A stretch of 63,004 bases of DNA, counting the filler, from Planctomycetota bacterium (lineage in GTDB: Bacteria; Planctomycetota; Planctomycetia; JALXBF01): the NCBI GenBank assembly GCA_026991575.1. It is 2 parts of 2 records of this genome, joined end to end, with 100 filler letters (N's around TTAATTAATTAA, not from the genome) between each part and the next. Parts side by side here need not be neighbours in the genome. Positions count along the whole stretch, not along the records: positions 1 to 31,540 come from JALXBF010000001.1; positions 31,641 to 63,004 come from JALXBF010000002.1. One strand, written 5' to 3'. Below the pieces are notes generated by a model. The model was not told where the DNA came from. It saw nothing but the letters and a program-made list of their open reading frames with translations, and made no database searches. The stretch's first letter is position 1. Each line of letters starts with the position of its first letter. The position numbers and the translations under genes are program-made. This document shows positions 21,061-31,778 of this stretch, in pieces.

Positions 21061-22266
21061 CTAGCTTGCCGCTCGAATGATGCGTGACAACTGTGCGGAC
21101 AGTTCCGACAGTTCCGCCACGGCAGCTTGCACCCGCTCGGCTGCTTGACTGGACAGCTCTGCTGCCTCGGCAATGGCGGCCACCTTCCGTGCCATCTCTG
21201 TGCTTCCCCGGGCCGCTTCCGACACATTGCGGCTCACCTCCTGAATAGCCGCCGACTGTTCCTGGACCGCGCCGGCAATCGCGTTGGCTCGGTCGCTCAG
21301 CCCATCGATGACATTTGCGATGGTCCCAATTGTCCCTGCTGCTTCTTCTACGGCCCGCTGGATCCCTTCTATCTTTGCGCTGATGTCGTCGGTTGCTTGA
21401 GTTGTTTCCTTCGCCAGCTCCTTCACTTCGTTGGCAACTACGGCGAATCCCTTACCGGCCTCGCCAGCGCGAGCTGCTTCGATTGTGGCATTCAAAGCAA
21501 GCAGATTCGTCTGCTGTGCTATTGAAGTCACAAGTTTGACGATGTTACTTATCTGTGCGCTCGACTCACCGAGTCCGGTAACCACCTTCTTTGCACGCAG
21601 TGCCAGTGACGCGGCTTCCGATGCCGTCTTCGCAGACTCGGCAGCATTGTCTGCGATCTCCTTGATGCATGCGCTCATCTCCTCTACGGCTGTAGCCACA
21701 GCCTCCACGCTCTGGCTCACCTCCTCTGCGGATCCCTTAACCGACAGCGTTTGAGCGGCGAGCTCCTCGGCGCCTTTCGCCATCGTGTCGCTGGCGTCGG
21801 TTAGTACTTCGGTTGCCTTCTCCACGCGATCCTGCGCTTCCCTGATCCGCGTCATCACGGGCCGCGGAGCACCGCCAACACCGTCACCGTCAGGATCGTG
21901 GCGCCAGCAGACCACGAAGCCTTCCTCGCCGTCACTGGTGCGATACGGCAGCACCGATCCGGTTACCGGCACGCCCAGCAGGGTGGCACGGAAGAAGCCG
22001 GCAGCGGGAATCCGACCTCCTGAGATCCAGTCGAGGCGGGCCCCGGGTTCCAACCGCAACGGATCGTCGGGGCTGCCTGCATGTGTCGCAAAGTCACGGG
22101 CGGCCTGGTTGAGCTCCTTAATTCGTCCCTCGCGATCGACCGACACTGCTGCCAGGGGCAGCGAGCGCACGAGACTGCTTGCACAGGTCGCATGGCTGAA
22201 TGCGAGGCACTCATCGGTGTGGCCGTGCTGTTGTGCGACATACGAAGACCGTGTCCAAGGCAGCAT
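21061..22266 (-). CDS. Cytoplasmic MCP with N-terminal PAS-like region
   Basis: [14 protein letters not shown]-like segment; [26 protein letters not shown]. Confidence 0.88.
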   Translation of the reverse strand: MLPWTRSSYVAQQHGHTDECLAFSHATCASSLVRSLPLAAVSVDREGRIKELNQAARDFATHAGSPDDPLRLEPGARLDWISGGRIPAAGFFRATLLGVPVTGSVLPYRTSDGEEGFVVCWRHDPDGDGVGGAPRPVMTRIREAQDRVEKATEVLTDASDTMAKGAEELAAQTLSVKGSAEEVSQSVEAVATAVEEMSACIKEIADNAAESAKTASEAASLALRAKKVVTGLGESSAQISNIVKLVTSIAQQTNLLALNATIEAARAGEAGKGFAVVANEVKELAKETTQATDDISAKIEGIQRAVEEAAGTIGTIANVIDGLSDRANAIAGAVQEQSAAIQEVSRNVSEAARGSTEMARKVAAIAEAAELSSQAAERVQAAVAELSELSAQLSRIIRAAS

Positions 22267-22374
22267 GGTGACCTCCGTAAGACCAGATCAACGAGAAACG
22301 GTCGCAAACGCACCAGTCACGCGCTATGGCCACCACCGTGCGCCGTCCAGCCGTCTGCAGGAACGTGAACCGTT

Positions 22375-22815
22375 CTATGCGGCCGCGGACACAGCGGTTG
22401 CTCGCTCGATGTCGAGCACCAGCAACAAGCGCCCCTCGAACTTATAGACGCCGCGGATCAGCTCGCGAGCAATCCCCTGCAACGTGTCGGGCGGGCTGTC
22501 GAACTGGTCGGGATCCACCTCAACCACATCTCCAATGTCGTCCACCAGCAGGCTGACTGGTCCATCGGCCGTGCGCACGATCACGTTCATCGGCTTGTGG
22601 TCATCGGTTCGGTCTGGTAGTCCCAACTGGCGGCGCAGATCGATCGCTACCACGATTTGGCCGCGGAGATTGATCAGGCCGCGAACGACCTCCGGTGCCA
22701 GCGGCACACGAGTCATCTCCTGATAGCGCACGATCTCCTGGACCTTCTCGACCTCAACGCCGAAGAAGAAGTTGTCGATGTAGAACGTGCAGTACGTGTG
22801 CAAGCTCATGGCCAC
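22375..22815 (-). CDS. cheW: Chemotaxis coupling protein
   Basis: VQEI, TRVP, GLINLRGQI, LLVD motifs. Confidence 0.95.
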   Translation of the reverse strand: MAMSLHTYCTFYIDNFFFGVEVEKVQEIVRYQEMTRVPLAPEVVRGLINLRGQIVVAIDLRRQLGLPDRTDDHKPMNVIVRTADGPVSLLVDDIGDVVEVDPDQFDSPPDTLQGIARELIRGVYKFEGRLLLVLDIERATAVSAAA

Positions 22816-22852
22816 CTCCCGGTGTCTCCCTGAATCTACTGACTGTCCGCGC

Positions 22853-25135
22853 CTATGCGGCTACGGTCGTATCGGCCACTGCCTCAACCGAATCAAGCAG
22901 CCGCTCGACGTCGATCAGGTCCGTGACCCGGCCGCTGATGATCGTGGAACCGGCCACGAACGGGTGCGTACCCACCCGTTCCATGTGCGGCCGCCATTCG
23001 ACGATGTCCAGGATCCGATCCACCACAAGCCCCACGCTCTTGTTCTCCACGCGGCAGACGACCGCGTGCAGCTTGGCGGGATCGTCGCCGGAGGGCATGG
23101 CGTTCAGCAGCGAGGCAAGGCGGACCAGCGGTAGCAGGTGGCCACGGTACTGCACGACCTCGTAGCCGTTGGCCTGTTCGATGGAATCGGCCGGAATTTC
23201 TTCCAGGCGTGCCACGAACTCCAGTGGGATCGCTGCGCAACGGCCTTCGCCGGCGGCGACGGTCAGCATCATCACCGTGTTCTCTTCGCTGTGTTGCACC
23301 TTCTCTTCCAGCTCGGCCAGCGCGCGGTCCTGATCGCCGACGAGTCCGACGCGTTTGGCAATGCCGAAGACATCCAGGATCAAGGCAACCCGGCCATCGC
23401 CCATGATCGTGGCTCCGGCGAACATGGACAGCCCTTTGAGCCGCTTGCCGAGCGGTTTGACCACGATTTCCTGCGTGTCTACGATCTCGTCCACCACCAG
23501 GCCGAAGCGGCGGTTCTCCGCGTGCAGCACGACGATGTTCAGCGACTCGGCCTCTTCGTTGGTCGTCAGGCCCAATTCCTCATTGAGGTAGACCAGCGGC
23601 AGCAACTGACCGCGGAGCCGATACACGGGGGCTTCGTGCACCCACTCAATGCCCTCCTTCGCCTCATTGCCTTCCAGCCGCACCAGCTCCAGCAAGCTGA
23701 CCTGGGGGATCGCCATCCGTTCACCGCCGCTCTTGACGATCAGGGCCGGAATGATCGCCAACGTCAACGGCAACTTGATGCGAAACGTGGTCCCCTGACC
23801 GGGATGGCTCTGGATATCCACGCTCCCGCCGATCTTCTCGATGTTGTTTCGGACCACGTCCATGCCCACGCCGCGTCCGGAGACGTTCGTCACCTTTTCG
23901 GCCGTGGAGAAGCCGGGCAGGAAGATCAGCTTCATGGCTTGCCGCGGCGTCATCTGCTCAGCCTCCTCCGGCGTGATCAATCCCTTGCGTACCGCTTTCT
24001 CCTTGACCTTTTCCACATCGATGCCACGGCCATCGTCGGAGATTTCGATGATCACCTGGCCGCCCTCGTGGAAGGCCCGCAGCGTCAGATTTCCCTCGGG
24101 GGGCTTGCCCTTAGCCACCCGTTCCTCGGGCGGCTCAATGCCGTGGTCGACAGCGTTGCGGATCATGTGCGTGAGCGGGTCCTTGATCGATTCGATCACG
24201 CTCTTGTCCAACTCAACATCCTTGCCTTCCATCTCTAGCTTCACCTGGCGGCCGCACTGCCGGGCCAGATCGCGCACGACGCGGGGAAGCTTGCTCCAGA
24301 TCGTTCCGATCGGCTGCATACGCGTCTTCATGACGCTTTCCTGCAGCTCGGTGGTCACGAGGCTGAGCCGCTGGCTGGCATTCAAGAAAGCCGCATCGGT
24401 CTGCGTTGCGGAGAACTGCAGAATCTGGTTCCGGGCCAGCACCAGCTCGCCGACCAGGTTCATCAGCTTATCCAGCAGGTTAACATCGACACGGATCGTG
24501 CTCTCCTTAACGTGCCCCCCCCCACCGCTGCGATTGGCTGACGCAGAAGCGGCTGCGCTTTGAGTCGGAGCTTCGGCCGGACCGCGCTTCGTGGCCGGCT
24601 CCTGCTGGCCCATCGCGCTTTCCTCCGCCGCGGTGCCGGGGCTGCCATGGTCCGTGGCGGGCTGCTCGACCGGCTCAGACCGCTCCGTGTCGGTTTCGGC
24701 CGAGTCCGTCGCGCTGGACTCAGCCGCGGTCTGTTCCGCATCCGATCCTGCAGCTGCCTGGATTTCCTCGATGCGACGGACGAGCTCAGAGTAGTCCTTA
24801 TCGCCATCTGACCCGGTGGCCTCGATCGCGGCAAGCATGTCGCGCACGGCATCCACCATGGCCAGTAGCACATCGTTGATTTCCGGCGTCAGGCGCAGCT
24901 CGCCGTCACGCAGCTTCACCAGCAGGTTCTCACCGGCGTGCGTAACGGCCTGCAGCCGGTCGAATCCAAAGAAGCCGGCACTGCCCTTGATCGTGTGGAT
25001 CGTGCGAAAGATACTCGCCAGCCGATCGCGGTTCTCCGGATCGCTTTCCAGTGCAACCAGGTCCTGGTCCAGTTGGTCCAGGTTCTCGTAGCTCTCGACC
25101 AGAAACTCTTTCAGGATGTCGTCGAACTCGCCCAT
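22853..25135 (-). CDS. cheA: Chemotaxis histidine kinase with two CheW-like domains
   Basis: Hpt FRTIHTIKG; IRVDV; RNAVDHG; DDGRG; PGFST; SGRGVGMDVV. Confidence 0.96.
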   Translation of the reverse strand: MGEFDDILKEFLVESYENLDQLDQDLVALESDPENRDRLASIFRTIHTIKGSAGFFGFDRLQAVTHAGENLLVKLRDGELRLTPEINDVLLAMVDAVRDMLAAIEATGSDGDKDYSELVRRIEEIQAAAGSDAEQTAAESSATDSAETDTERSEPVEQPATDHGSPGTAAEESAMGQQEPATKRGPAEAPTQSAAASASANRSGGGGHVKESTIRVDVNLLDKLMNLVGELVLARNQILQFSATQTDAAFLNASQRLSLVTTELQESVMKTRMQPIGTIWSKLPRVVRDLARQCGRQVKLEMEGKDVELDKSVIESIKDPLTHMIRNAVDHGIEPPEERVAKGKPPEGNLTLRAFHEGGQVIIEISDDGRGIDVEKVKEKAVRKGLITPEEAEQMTPRQAMKLIFLPGFSTAEKVTNVSGRGVGMDVVRNNIEKIGGSVDIQSHPGQGTTFRIKLPLTLAIIPALIVKSGGERMAIPQVSLLELVRLEGNEAKEGIEWVHEAPVYRLRGQLLPLVYLNEELGLTTNEEAESLNIVVLHAENRRFGLVVDEIVDTQEIVVKPLGKRLKGLSMFAGATIMGDGRVALILDVFGIAKRVGLVGDQDRALAELEEKVQHSEENTVMMLTVAAGEGRCAAIPLEFVARLEEIPADSIEQANGYEVVQYRGHLLPLVRLASLLNAMPSGDDPAKLHAVVCRVENKSVGLVVDRILDIVEWRPHMERVGTHPFVAGSTIISGRVTDLIDVERLLDSVEAVADTTVAA

Positions 25136-25169
25136 CGCACCTCTCCCTCAGAAGAGCCTCGCGGCATCT

Positions 25170-25685
25170 CTAGTGACCGGGCATACGGTGGCTTGCCCCG
25201 TCCGAGCCGTAGGCAACCCGGAACCAGAAATTGCCTAGCGGTGAGTCGTAGGCGATGCGGGCCACGCCGTTACCGTGATCAGGAAACACACGCAGACCGG
25301 CGCCCCGTGCGACTGTGGGCAGGGACATCTGAGCGGGCATGCCCTGACGCTCAAGCTGGGCGACGACCTCGCCAGCCAGAATGTTCACCAGCTCGCCCGC
25401 GATGTCTGCCATGTCCTCGCTATCGAACGGCACCTCCATGCCGCCCATGAACTGAGCGGCCATCCGCTCGGCGGTGGGCTGGGGCAGCATCCAACAAAGA
25501 GACCATTTCTCGTCACCCACAAAGGAGATGATCCCGGCCACATAGGGCACGTCCATGTCGATCTCCTCGGCGGGACGTTCCTCAGGACGCGCACCGTACA
25601 TCGCCTCGAATGTCTTGCCCACGGCCGCCTGGACCGCCGTGGTAATCTCCTGCGGGATCGTCGCATTCACTACATCCGCGCTCAT
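25170..25685 (-). CDS. cheX: CheX-family phosphatase
   Basis: DIAGELVNILAG (E-x2-N), SLPTV; start at MSAD after GGAGG. Confidence 0.85.
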   Translation of the reverse strand: MSADVVNATIPQEITTAVQAAVGKTFEAMYGARPEERPAEEIDMDVPYVAGIISFVGDEKWSLCWMLPQPTAERMAAQFMGGMEVPFDSEDMADIAGELVNILAGEVVAQLERQGMPAQMSLPTVARGAGLRVFPDHGNGVARIAYDSPLGNFWFRVAYGSDGASHRMPGH

Positions 25686-25722
25686 TTCACCCTCCACGTA
25701 CTGAGTGCGGTGGGAAGCAGCA

Positions 25723-26202
25723 TTAGCCGAACAGACGGCCGAAGAACCCGCCACCGGACTTCGCGCCCGCGGGCTTACGGGCACCGCCCGCATCGGCCAA
25801 CTGCTGAGCCCGAGCGACTGGCTTCTGCAGCTTGGCACGCAGGTCGTCTACCGTGAACGGCTTCGCAATGTACGCATCCGCACCCGCTTCATCGAGTGCC
25901 TCCTGCATCTTGCCCATCGTCTTCTCGCTGGTAACCATCACGAGCGGGATCCGCTCAAAGCCGTTCTCCTTCTCGTACCGCCGGATCTCACGGACCAGGT
26001 CCACGCCGGTCATGTTCGGCATGTTCCAATCGATGAATGCAATCTCGAACGCCTCCGTCTTGAACTTCTCAAACGCTTCCGCACCGTCGGCCGCTTCGGT
26101 GAACTCGAAGTCAGCCAGTTCGGCCTGCGTCAGCGAACGCATCACCATCTTGCGCATCACGCCGGAATCGTCTACAACCAGAGCTCTCACTTTCGCCGCC
26201 AT
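25723..26202 (-). CDS. cheY: Response regulator, first gene of che cluster
   Basis: VVDD, IDWNMP, VTS, KPF. Confidence 0.9.
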   Translation of the reverse strand: MAAKVRALVVDDSGVMRKMVMRSLTQAELADFEFTEAADGAEAFEKFKTEAFEIAFIDWNMPNMTGVDLVREIRRYEKENGFERIPLVMVTSEKTMGKMQEALDEAGADAYIAKPFTVDDLRAKLQKPVARAQQLADAGGARKPAGAKSGGGFFGRLFG

Positions 26203-26784
26203 GACACTACTCCTGTCACTGGCACACGCTGCTTGCGAATCACCGGAACTTCCGCCTCGCGCCTAACGACGCGCAGACGATCAACCGCAGAACCGCCCCG
26301 AAAACACCCCATTACAAGGACAAGCATCCGACGTAGGTAGGCAGGCAGGTAGGCGGGTAAGCAGCTAGGACGGAACCTACCGTTGAGCAGGTAACTAACC
26401 GGCTCCTTGGCGATCCATCCAAACGTAGGACACAGATCTGGACAGGGCCAACGGGACGCTCGTCACACCACGCACCGCGAACCGAACAGCCCATATCACG
26501 CGCGCAGCCGGTCGTGTCGCCGCAGCTGACATCGAACCCCAGCATTCATCCGGCGGAACAATGTCGGCAGATATCTCTGCCCCGACACACCGGGGCCAAT
26601 CGTCGCGATCGGGCCCGATTCCACCAGTCCGACCGTTCTCGTCCTGACGCGCGGATGTCCGGGCGCGAAGTGCGCACGGCTCGAACCCACGATAGATTCG
26701 CGCGCAGTCGGTGGAGCATCGGGACGACATCCTCCCCCGGGGCCGCCTGCGTGTGACGCGCGGACTGTGCTACTGTGCTAAGGT

Positions 26785-29700
26785 ATGGACCAGGTGTCCC
26801 CAGGAGCCGATGCGATGAACCGAGCAGTCCATCTGCTGTCGACCTGCTCCCTGTGCCTGCTGATTGCGTGGGCCATCCGCCCAGTACTGGGTCAGATCTA
26901 TCCCAGCGACCCGGATGCGGTCCGACTGCGTCAGCGTGGTCCGCAGTGGCGCAGGCGACCGCCTGCTCCGGAGATCAAACTCGAAGAGACCGACTTGCCC
27001 CGTGGGCAACTGACTACCGTTCTGATCCGCTTCGGCCTGAAGGACACGGCCCCTGTCGATTGGTCGGGAGAGCTTCGCAGCAGGGGCGCACACGTAGTAC
27101 GCGTCCGCCCGTGGCGGTTCGCGCCGGGGATGACTGTCCGCGGGACGACGTGGCAATGCAGTACCTGGTGGGGACCGCCGCCTCAGAACCGTGTGTTTGA
27201 CCAACACCTGCCCGGGAATCCCTGGCCATTCATCCGGCCCGGTATTCTGGTCGACCTGGACGACATCCAGCCCGACGCCGAGCTGGCTGTGTTTACGAAG
27301 TCCTATGGCGCCCGGATCAAGTTGCGCGATATCCTGCGTAAAGGCCGTGTGACGGTACTGCGTGGACGGTTCGGCTTCGAGCTGGCTGTCTTCGGAACGC
27401 CGGGCGGCGTGGGCACGTTGAACGGTACCCTCGGCCCGGAATGCTGGCATGACTGGCCTTCCGTGCTGGCGCCGGCTGCCGACGGTGAGCCAGCCTGGCT
27501 CGCATTCCAGACCTACGTGCGCGGCAAAGGCGACCACCTGGTTGTCCGGCAGAGCGACGGTGGCTCGTGGGGAGCGCCGCGCGTGCTCAAGGCTCCGTCG
27601 AACGACCTCTATCGTACAGCCCTCGGCCGCGACGCGCAGGGGACCATTTGGTTGGTCATTTCGGCTCAGGTCAACGGGAACTGGGATCTGTATGGCTACC
27701 GGTATCAGCAGGGCGACTGGCACGGCCCACAGCGACTGACACAGCACCCTCATCCGGACATGCACCATCTGTTGGTAACGGACAGCGATGGCCAACTCTG
27801 GCTCGTCTGGCAAGGTTTCCGCGACGGTCAGAGCGACATCCTGGCCCGGTGCTGGGACGGCCAGTCCTGGTCGCCGGAGGTGACCATCAGCACATCGGCC
27901 CGCAACGACTGGGAGCCGCACGCGGCGGCCTACCCGGGCGGCGGCATCGCCGTGGTGTGGGACAGTTACGAGTTTGGCAACTACGACGTATTCGCCCGCA
28001 TCGTGCGCCGCGAGAAGGGCGAAATCAGCCAGAGCCGGGTGTACCAGGTCACCAGTGGGTCGTGGCGCGAAGCTCGGGCAACGGTGGCCTGCGACGGTGC
28101 CGGCCGACTGTGGATTGCCTTTGACAAAGGAACCAAACACTGGGGCAAGGACACGGGCTTCTGGTTGGAGCTGAAGCGGCTGCCTCAGGGCGGGCGGCTC
28201 TATGAACACCGCTGGATCGAAATGCGGGTGCTGAACCCGCGCACCGGGGAGATCACCCAACCCCCTGGCTATCGGCCTGCCGAAGCGCTCAATGCCAACC
28301 TGCTGGAATCGGCCGAAAGGCCACTGCTCGTACGGGACAGCCGCGGCAACCTGTGGCTGTTCTACCGCCGCTACACGTGCACGGATCGGAGCCGCCGGGG
28401 GGTGGCGTGGCGCTTCGTCTGGGAACTGCGCGCCCGGCGATACAACCCGGCTTCGGGCACGTGGCATCCGGAGATGCTGTTCGCTGATTCCGCAGGACGA
28501 TTGGACGCGCTCGTGTCGGTGTCACCTTCAGCCCGACACCTGTGGGCCGCGTGGACAACCGATCACCGCACAATCCTCGGCGCTCGGCCAGATGCGATGA
28601 GCGTCTTCACCGGAATGATTCCGCTGGACCACGCCAATCCGCGGGGTAGCCTGCGGTCCGTCCGCGGCAAGCCAGCTCCTTTTCTGGCTCCCGAGCCGGA
28701 CCCGGTCCATGCGAACGAGCCTGTGGACCTGGAGCGGATTCGTTCCTATCGGATCCGTGTTGGTGATCTCAACCTGCGCATCCTGCGCGGCGACATGCAC
28801 CGCCACACGGAAAACTCACAGGACGGTGGCAACGAAGGATCCCTGATCGACGTGTACCGCTACGCTCTGGATGCGGCCGCCCTGGACTTCTTGCTGGTCA
28901 CCGACCACAACGACGGGTTCAAGCACTACCAGTGGTGGATTCGGGAAAAGTCCAACGACCTGTTCCACGTCCCTCCGACGTTCGTGACGCTCTACGGTTA
29001 TGAGCGGAGCGTGTCGTACCCAAACGGACACCGCAACGTGTTCTTACTCAAACGCGGCGTCGAACCACTGATGATCTCGCCCGAGGAATTCCCGCGGCGT
29101 GGCCGGCCGCCCCGCAATTCTGGCGCCATCCTGTACCCGTACCTGCGGAAAAACCAGGGCATCTGCTTCAGCCACACCAGTGCCACCGGCATGGGGACGA
29201 ACTGGCGGGACAATGATCCAGAGGTGGAACCGCTGGTTGAGATCTTCCAGGGCGACCGCACGAACTACGAGATGATCGGGGCTCCGTGGGCGGCCGATCC
29301 AGAGGATCAAACCACCCATGAGGGGGGCTTTCGGCCGCTGGGCTTCGTCGTCCATGCGCTGGCGAAGGGGTACAAGCTTGGCTTTCAGGCATCCAGCGAC
29401 CATCTCAGCACACATCTGAGCTACTCCTGCATCTTGGCGCCGGAGAACTCACGCGAAGCCCTGTTTGCTGCCATGAAGCAGCGGCACAGCTACGCGGCGA
29501 CGGACAACATCATCGTGGACGTGCGAGCGGACGGGACTGATCGGCCTGCCCTGATGGGTGACATCGTACCTGTGCAGGACAAACCTAGACTGCGGATCTA
29601 CGTCAGGGGCACGCGGCCCGTACGCACGCTGACCATTGTGCGCAATGGAGAGATCGTCTTCTCGTGCACGCCGGATCGCCGAACCGTGGCCCTCACGTAC

Positions 29701-29814
29701 ACGGACGACACACCACCCGACAGCGCCGAAGTCTACTACTACATCCGCGTGCAGCAGGAAGACGAGCGACTGGCGTGGAGCTCGCCCATCTGGTTCACCC
29801 GCAGTGACCAGTAG
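26785..29814 (+). CDS. Large secreted protein: beta-propeller-like repeats plus PHP-type (DUF3604/CehA-like) metallohydrolase
   Basis: Signal peptide; GDMHRHT, VTDH, GHRN, VEIFQ and GFQASSDH motifs. Confidence 0.75.
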   Translation: MDQVSPGADAMNRAVHLLSTCSLCLLIAWAIRPVLGQIYPSDPDAVRLRQRGPQWRRRPPAPEIKLEETDLPRGQLTTVLIRFGLKDTAPVDWSGELRSRGAHVVRVRPWRFAPGMTVRGTTWQCSTWWGPPPQNRVFDQHLPGNPWPFIRPGILVDLDDIQPDAELAVFTKSYGARIKLRDILRKGRVTVLRGRFGFELAVFGTPGGVGTLNGTLGPECWHDWPSVLAPAADGEPAWLAFQTYVRGKGDHLVVRQSDGGSWGAPRVLKAPSNDLYRTALGRDAQGTIWLVISAQVNGNWDLYGYRYQQGDWHGPQRLTQHPHPDMHHLLVTDSDGQLWLVWQGFRDGQSDILARCWDGQSWSPEVTISTSARNDWEPHAAAYPGGGIAVVWDSYEFGNYDVFARIVRREKGEISQSRVYQVTSGSWREARATVACDGAGRLWIAFDKGTKHWGKDTGFWLELKRLPQGGRLYEHRWIEMRVLNPRTGEITQPPGYRPAEALNANLLESAERPLLVRDSRGNLWLFYRRYTCTDRSRRGVAWRFVWELRARRYNPASGTWHPEMLFADSAGRLDALVSVSPSARHLWAAWTTDHRTILGARPDAMSVFTGMIPLDHANPRGSLRSVRGKPAPFLAPEPDPVHANEPVDLERIRSYRIRVGDLNLRILRGDMHRHTENSQDGGNEGSLIDVYRYALDAAALDFLLVTDHNDGFKHYQWWIREKSNDLFHVPPTFVTLYGYERSVSYPNGHRNVFLLKRGVEPLMISPEEFPRRGRPPRNSGAILYPYLRKNQGICFSHTSATGMGTNWRDNDPEVEPLVEIFQGDRTNYEMIGAPWAADPEDQTTHEGGFRPLGFVVHALAKGYKLGFQASSDHLSTHLSYSCILAPENSREALFAAMKQRHSYAATDNIIVDVRADGTDRPALMGDIVPVQDKPRLRIYVRGTRPVRTLTIVRNGEIVFSCTPDRRTVALTYTDDTPPDSAEVYYYIRVQQEDERLAWSSPIWFTRSDQ

Positions 29815-30009
29815 GGAGCGACCAGTGGAGGCGAGCGCCTCCACGCTGCACGTTGGCCACGCCACCTTGCTGCCAGATCAGTACGTCCGATCGTCTCGAT
29901 CGTCCGTTCTCCCCCCGCCGCCGCAGAGGAAAGGAACCGAAGACGATCGAAACGCACGACGTTTTCGGAAGCAGTTCATGCAAACGATGCGAGCCACCGG
30001 TTGCCGCTG

Positions 30010-30918
30010 CTACGAACCACGTGCCGTGTGTGGGTACTTGGCCATCAGACGCAGCGTGTCGTCAATCTCAGCCGGCTCGTCGAAGCCGATCGTCATCGCA
30101 TCGAGCACGCCGATTGATTGGGCAAACCGCATGCACTCTTCCCTGCGATCGATCAGTGCGCCTTCTCCAAAGATCTTCATGCCGATGACGACTTTGCCGT
30201 TGGCCTTCGCGGTGCGGAGCACCCGGAGCACGTCCTCCGGCGTCCCGTCCATCTTCACGCTGTAGGGATTGATCCGCGCCAGGATAACGTCGACCCACGG
30301 TGACCGTGCAGCCGTTTCCATTGCTCCGAAGTCGTGGCAGGAGACGCCCACGGCTCTGATCTTCCCCTGGTCCTTCAAACGTTCAAGGGTTTCCATGTAC
30401 GGCACCAGTTCCTGGTCCCAGGTGGCAGTGGTCACACAGTGCAGCAGGCAGATGTCCAGGCGGTCCGTGTTCAGTTCGTGCAGGAACCGCTCGACGGTCG
30501 CCCGGGCAATCCGGCCGCGGTAGAGCTCCGCACGGCCATCCACCGGCCCATCGTAGCGCCACCAAAGCTTGGTCAGGAGCGTTACTTTGTCACGTGGGAT
30601 CGACCGAAGCGCCTCTCGACAATAGATGTGCGTGCCGTATAGGTCGGCCATGTCGAACAGCGTGATGCCGCGCTCGTAGGCGTGGATGAAGAGGCGGACG
30701 AGTTTCTCAAAGCCCAGCCTGCTCTGGTCCGACTGCCTGCGGCCGCCGTGAGTGCCGGTTCCGAAAGCGAGCCGCGAACAGCGGATCCGGGTCTTGCCCA
30801 GTTCGACGGTCGGTGGAGCCGGTGGGACTTCTGCCGCTTCGATCGGGCGGAACGATCGGGCAGTTGCGGCTACGGCGGCACTGGCGGCGAGGAATGAGCG
30901 GCGCGTGAGTCGGTTCAC
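30010..30918 (-). CDS. Aldo/keto reductase with Tat-like leader
   Basis: TRRSFL; DMADLYG, LLTK, DICLLH, GKIRAVGVS; GTG start after GGGAGGA. Confidence 0.88.
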   Translation of the reverse strand: MNRLTRRSFLAASAAVAATARSFRPIEAAEVPPAPPTVELGKTRIRCSRLAFGTGTHGGRRQSDQSRLGFEKLVRLFIHAYERGITLFDMADLYGTHIYCREALRSIPRDKVTLLTKLWWRYDGPVDGRAELYRGRIARATVERFLHELNTDRLDICLLHCVTTATWDQELVPYMETLERLKDQGKIRAVGVSCHDFGAMETAARSPWVDVILARINPYSVKMDGTPEDVLRVLRTAKANGKVVIGMKIFGEGALIDRREECMRFAQSIGVLDAMTIGFDEPAEIDDTLRLMAKYPHTARGS

Positions 30919-31089
30919 GGTCTTGTCCTCCCAGCAGTTGGGCGGTTCCTGCATCCTACACGGTTCGCAGCCACCACACCACCTGCTATCTTAACGCCTG
31001 TGCGCTCGTTGCCGCTGTGGTCCGTGCTTCTCGGAGCAAGCCAACTCCTTGCTAAGACCCAATCCGGGACCCGTGTGCCTGACCTCGGT

Positions 31090-31540
31090 TCACAGATCGT
31101 TGCGAAGTTTCATCTGCAGGCGGTCTATGACCAGACGCCCTGCATCGAGTGCGTCCCTTAACAGCTGCCTGACCTCGTTCCTGGTCCACCTGCGAAAACG
31201 TTCTTGCTCAATGGCACGGACGACGTGCGTGGCAATCTTCCCCAGCCGGTTGTAGTCCAAGTTACACACGTCAACATGTTGCACTGCGGGATCAACAAGC
31301 GGCGTACGGCCGGGCGTATTGGCGAGCACCAGTCCATCGCGCCGTAAGTCCTCTTCCGGCAACCAGACGACGTCAGCCTTGTCTAGCCGCTCGAACCCTG
31401 CAGCCAGGGCCAGCACAGCCTCGCGCAAACCCTCGTGCTGGTCGCCCGTGTACCGCCAAAACGAAAGACTGTTGTTCATAGTCCTGAGGTCGACCGTCAC
31501 CGCGTCGGCGGGGATTTCCCCCGGGGCTAAGCCATTTGTC
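31090..31540 (-). CDS. Hypothetical protein, 5' end truncated by contig end
   Basis: Frame open into the N run (EIPADAVTVDLRTMNNSLSFW). Confidence 0.6.
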
Positions 31541-31640
31541 NNNNNNNNNNNNNNNNNNNNNNNNNNNNNNNNNNNNNNNNNNNNTTAATTAATTAANNNN
31601 NNNNNNNNNNNNNNNNNNNNNNNNNNNNNNNNNNNNNNNN
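31541..31640. other. Artificial contig linker
   Basis: 44 N + TTAATTAATTAA (stops in all six frames) + 44 N. Confidence 0.97.
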
Positions 31641-31652
31641 CTGGGAGGCCAT

Positions 31653-31778
31653 CCGGGACGTGTCCAGTCCGGTGACGTCCCGGATGGCCTCCCAGAGTGC
31701 GGCGCGCTCGGGATCGCGGGGCTTGCGCGCGCGCTTGGGTGGCTGCTCCGGCTCGGGCTCCGGGGAGCACTCGCGGGA
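31653..31778 (+). repeat. 126-bp direct repeat identical to 62879-63004 (circular overlap)
   Basis: CCGGGACGTGTCCAGTCC...GAGCACTCGCGGGA at both contig ends. Confidence 0.96.

Noticed and set aside
26330..26400. GTAG/GCAG tetramer run upstream of cheY as a riboswitch or VNTR
   Set aside because: Short and degenerate; no c-di-GMP riboswitch consensus recognised.
31541..31640. TTAATTAATTAA as a biological site, or the phage being integrated beside the aldo/keto reductase
   Set aside because: It is a symmetric N-padded six-frame stop linker and gives no evidence of adjacency.
31641..31695. Perfect 20-bp inverted repeat at the contig start, suggesting a hairpin telomere
   Set aside because: The second copy of this region (62869 onward) has only an 8-bp inverted repeat and an intact ORF. 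The extra 12 nt look like a fold-back read artefact, and no protelomerase was recognised.
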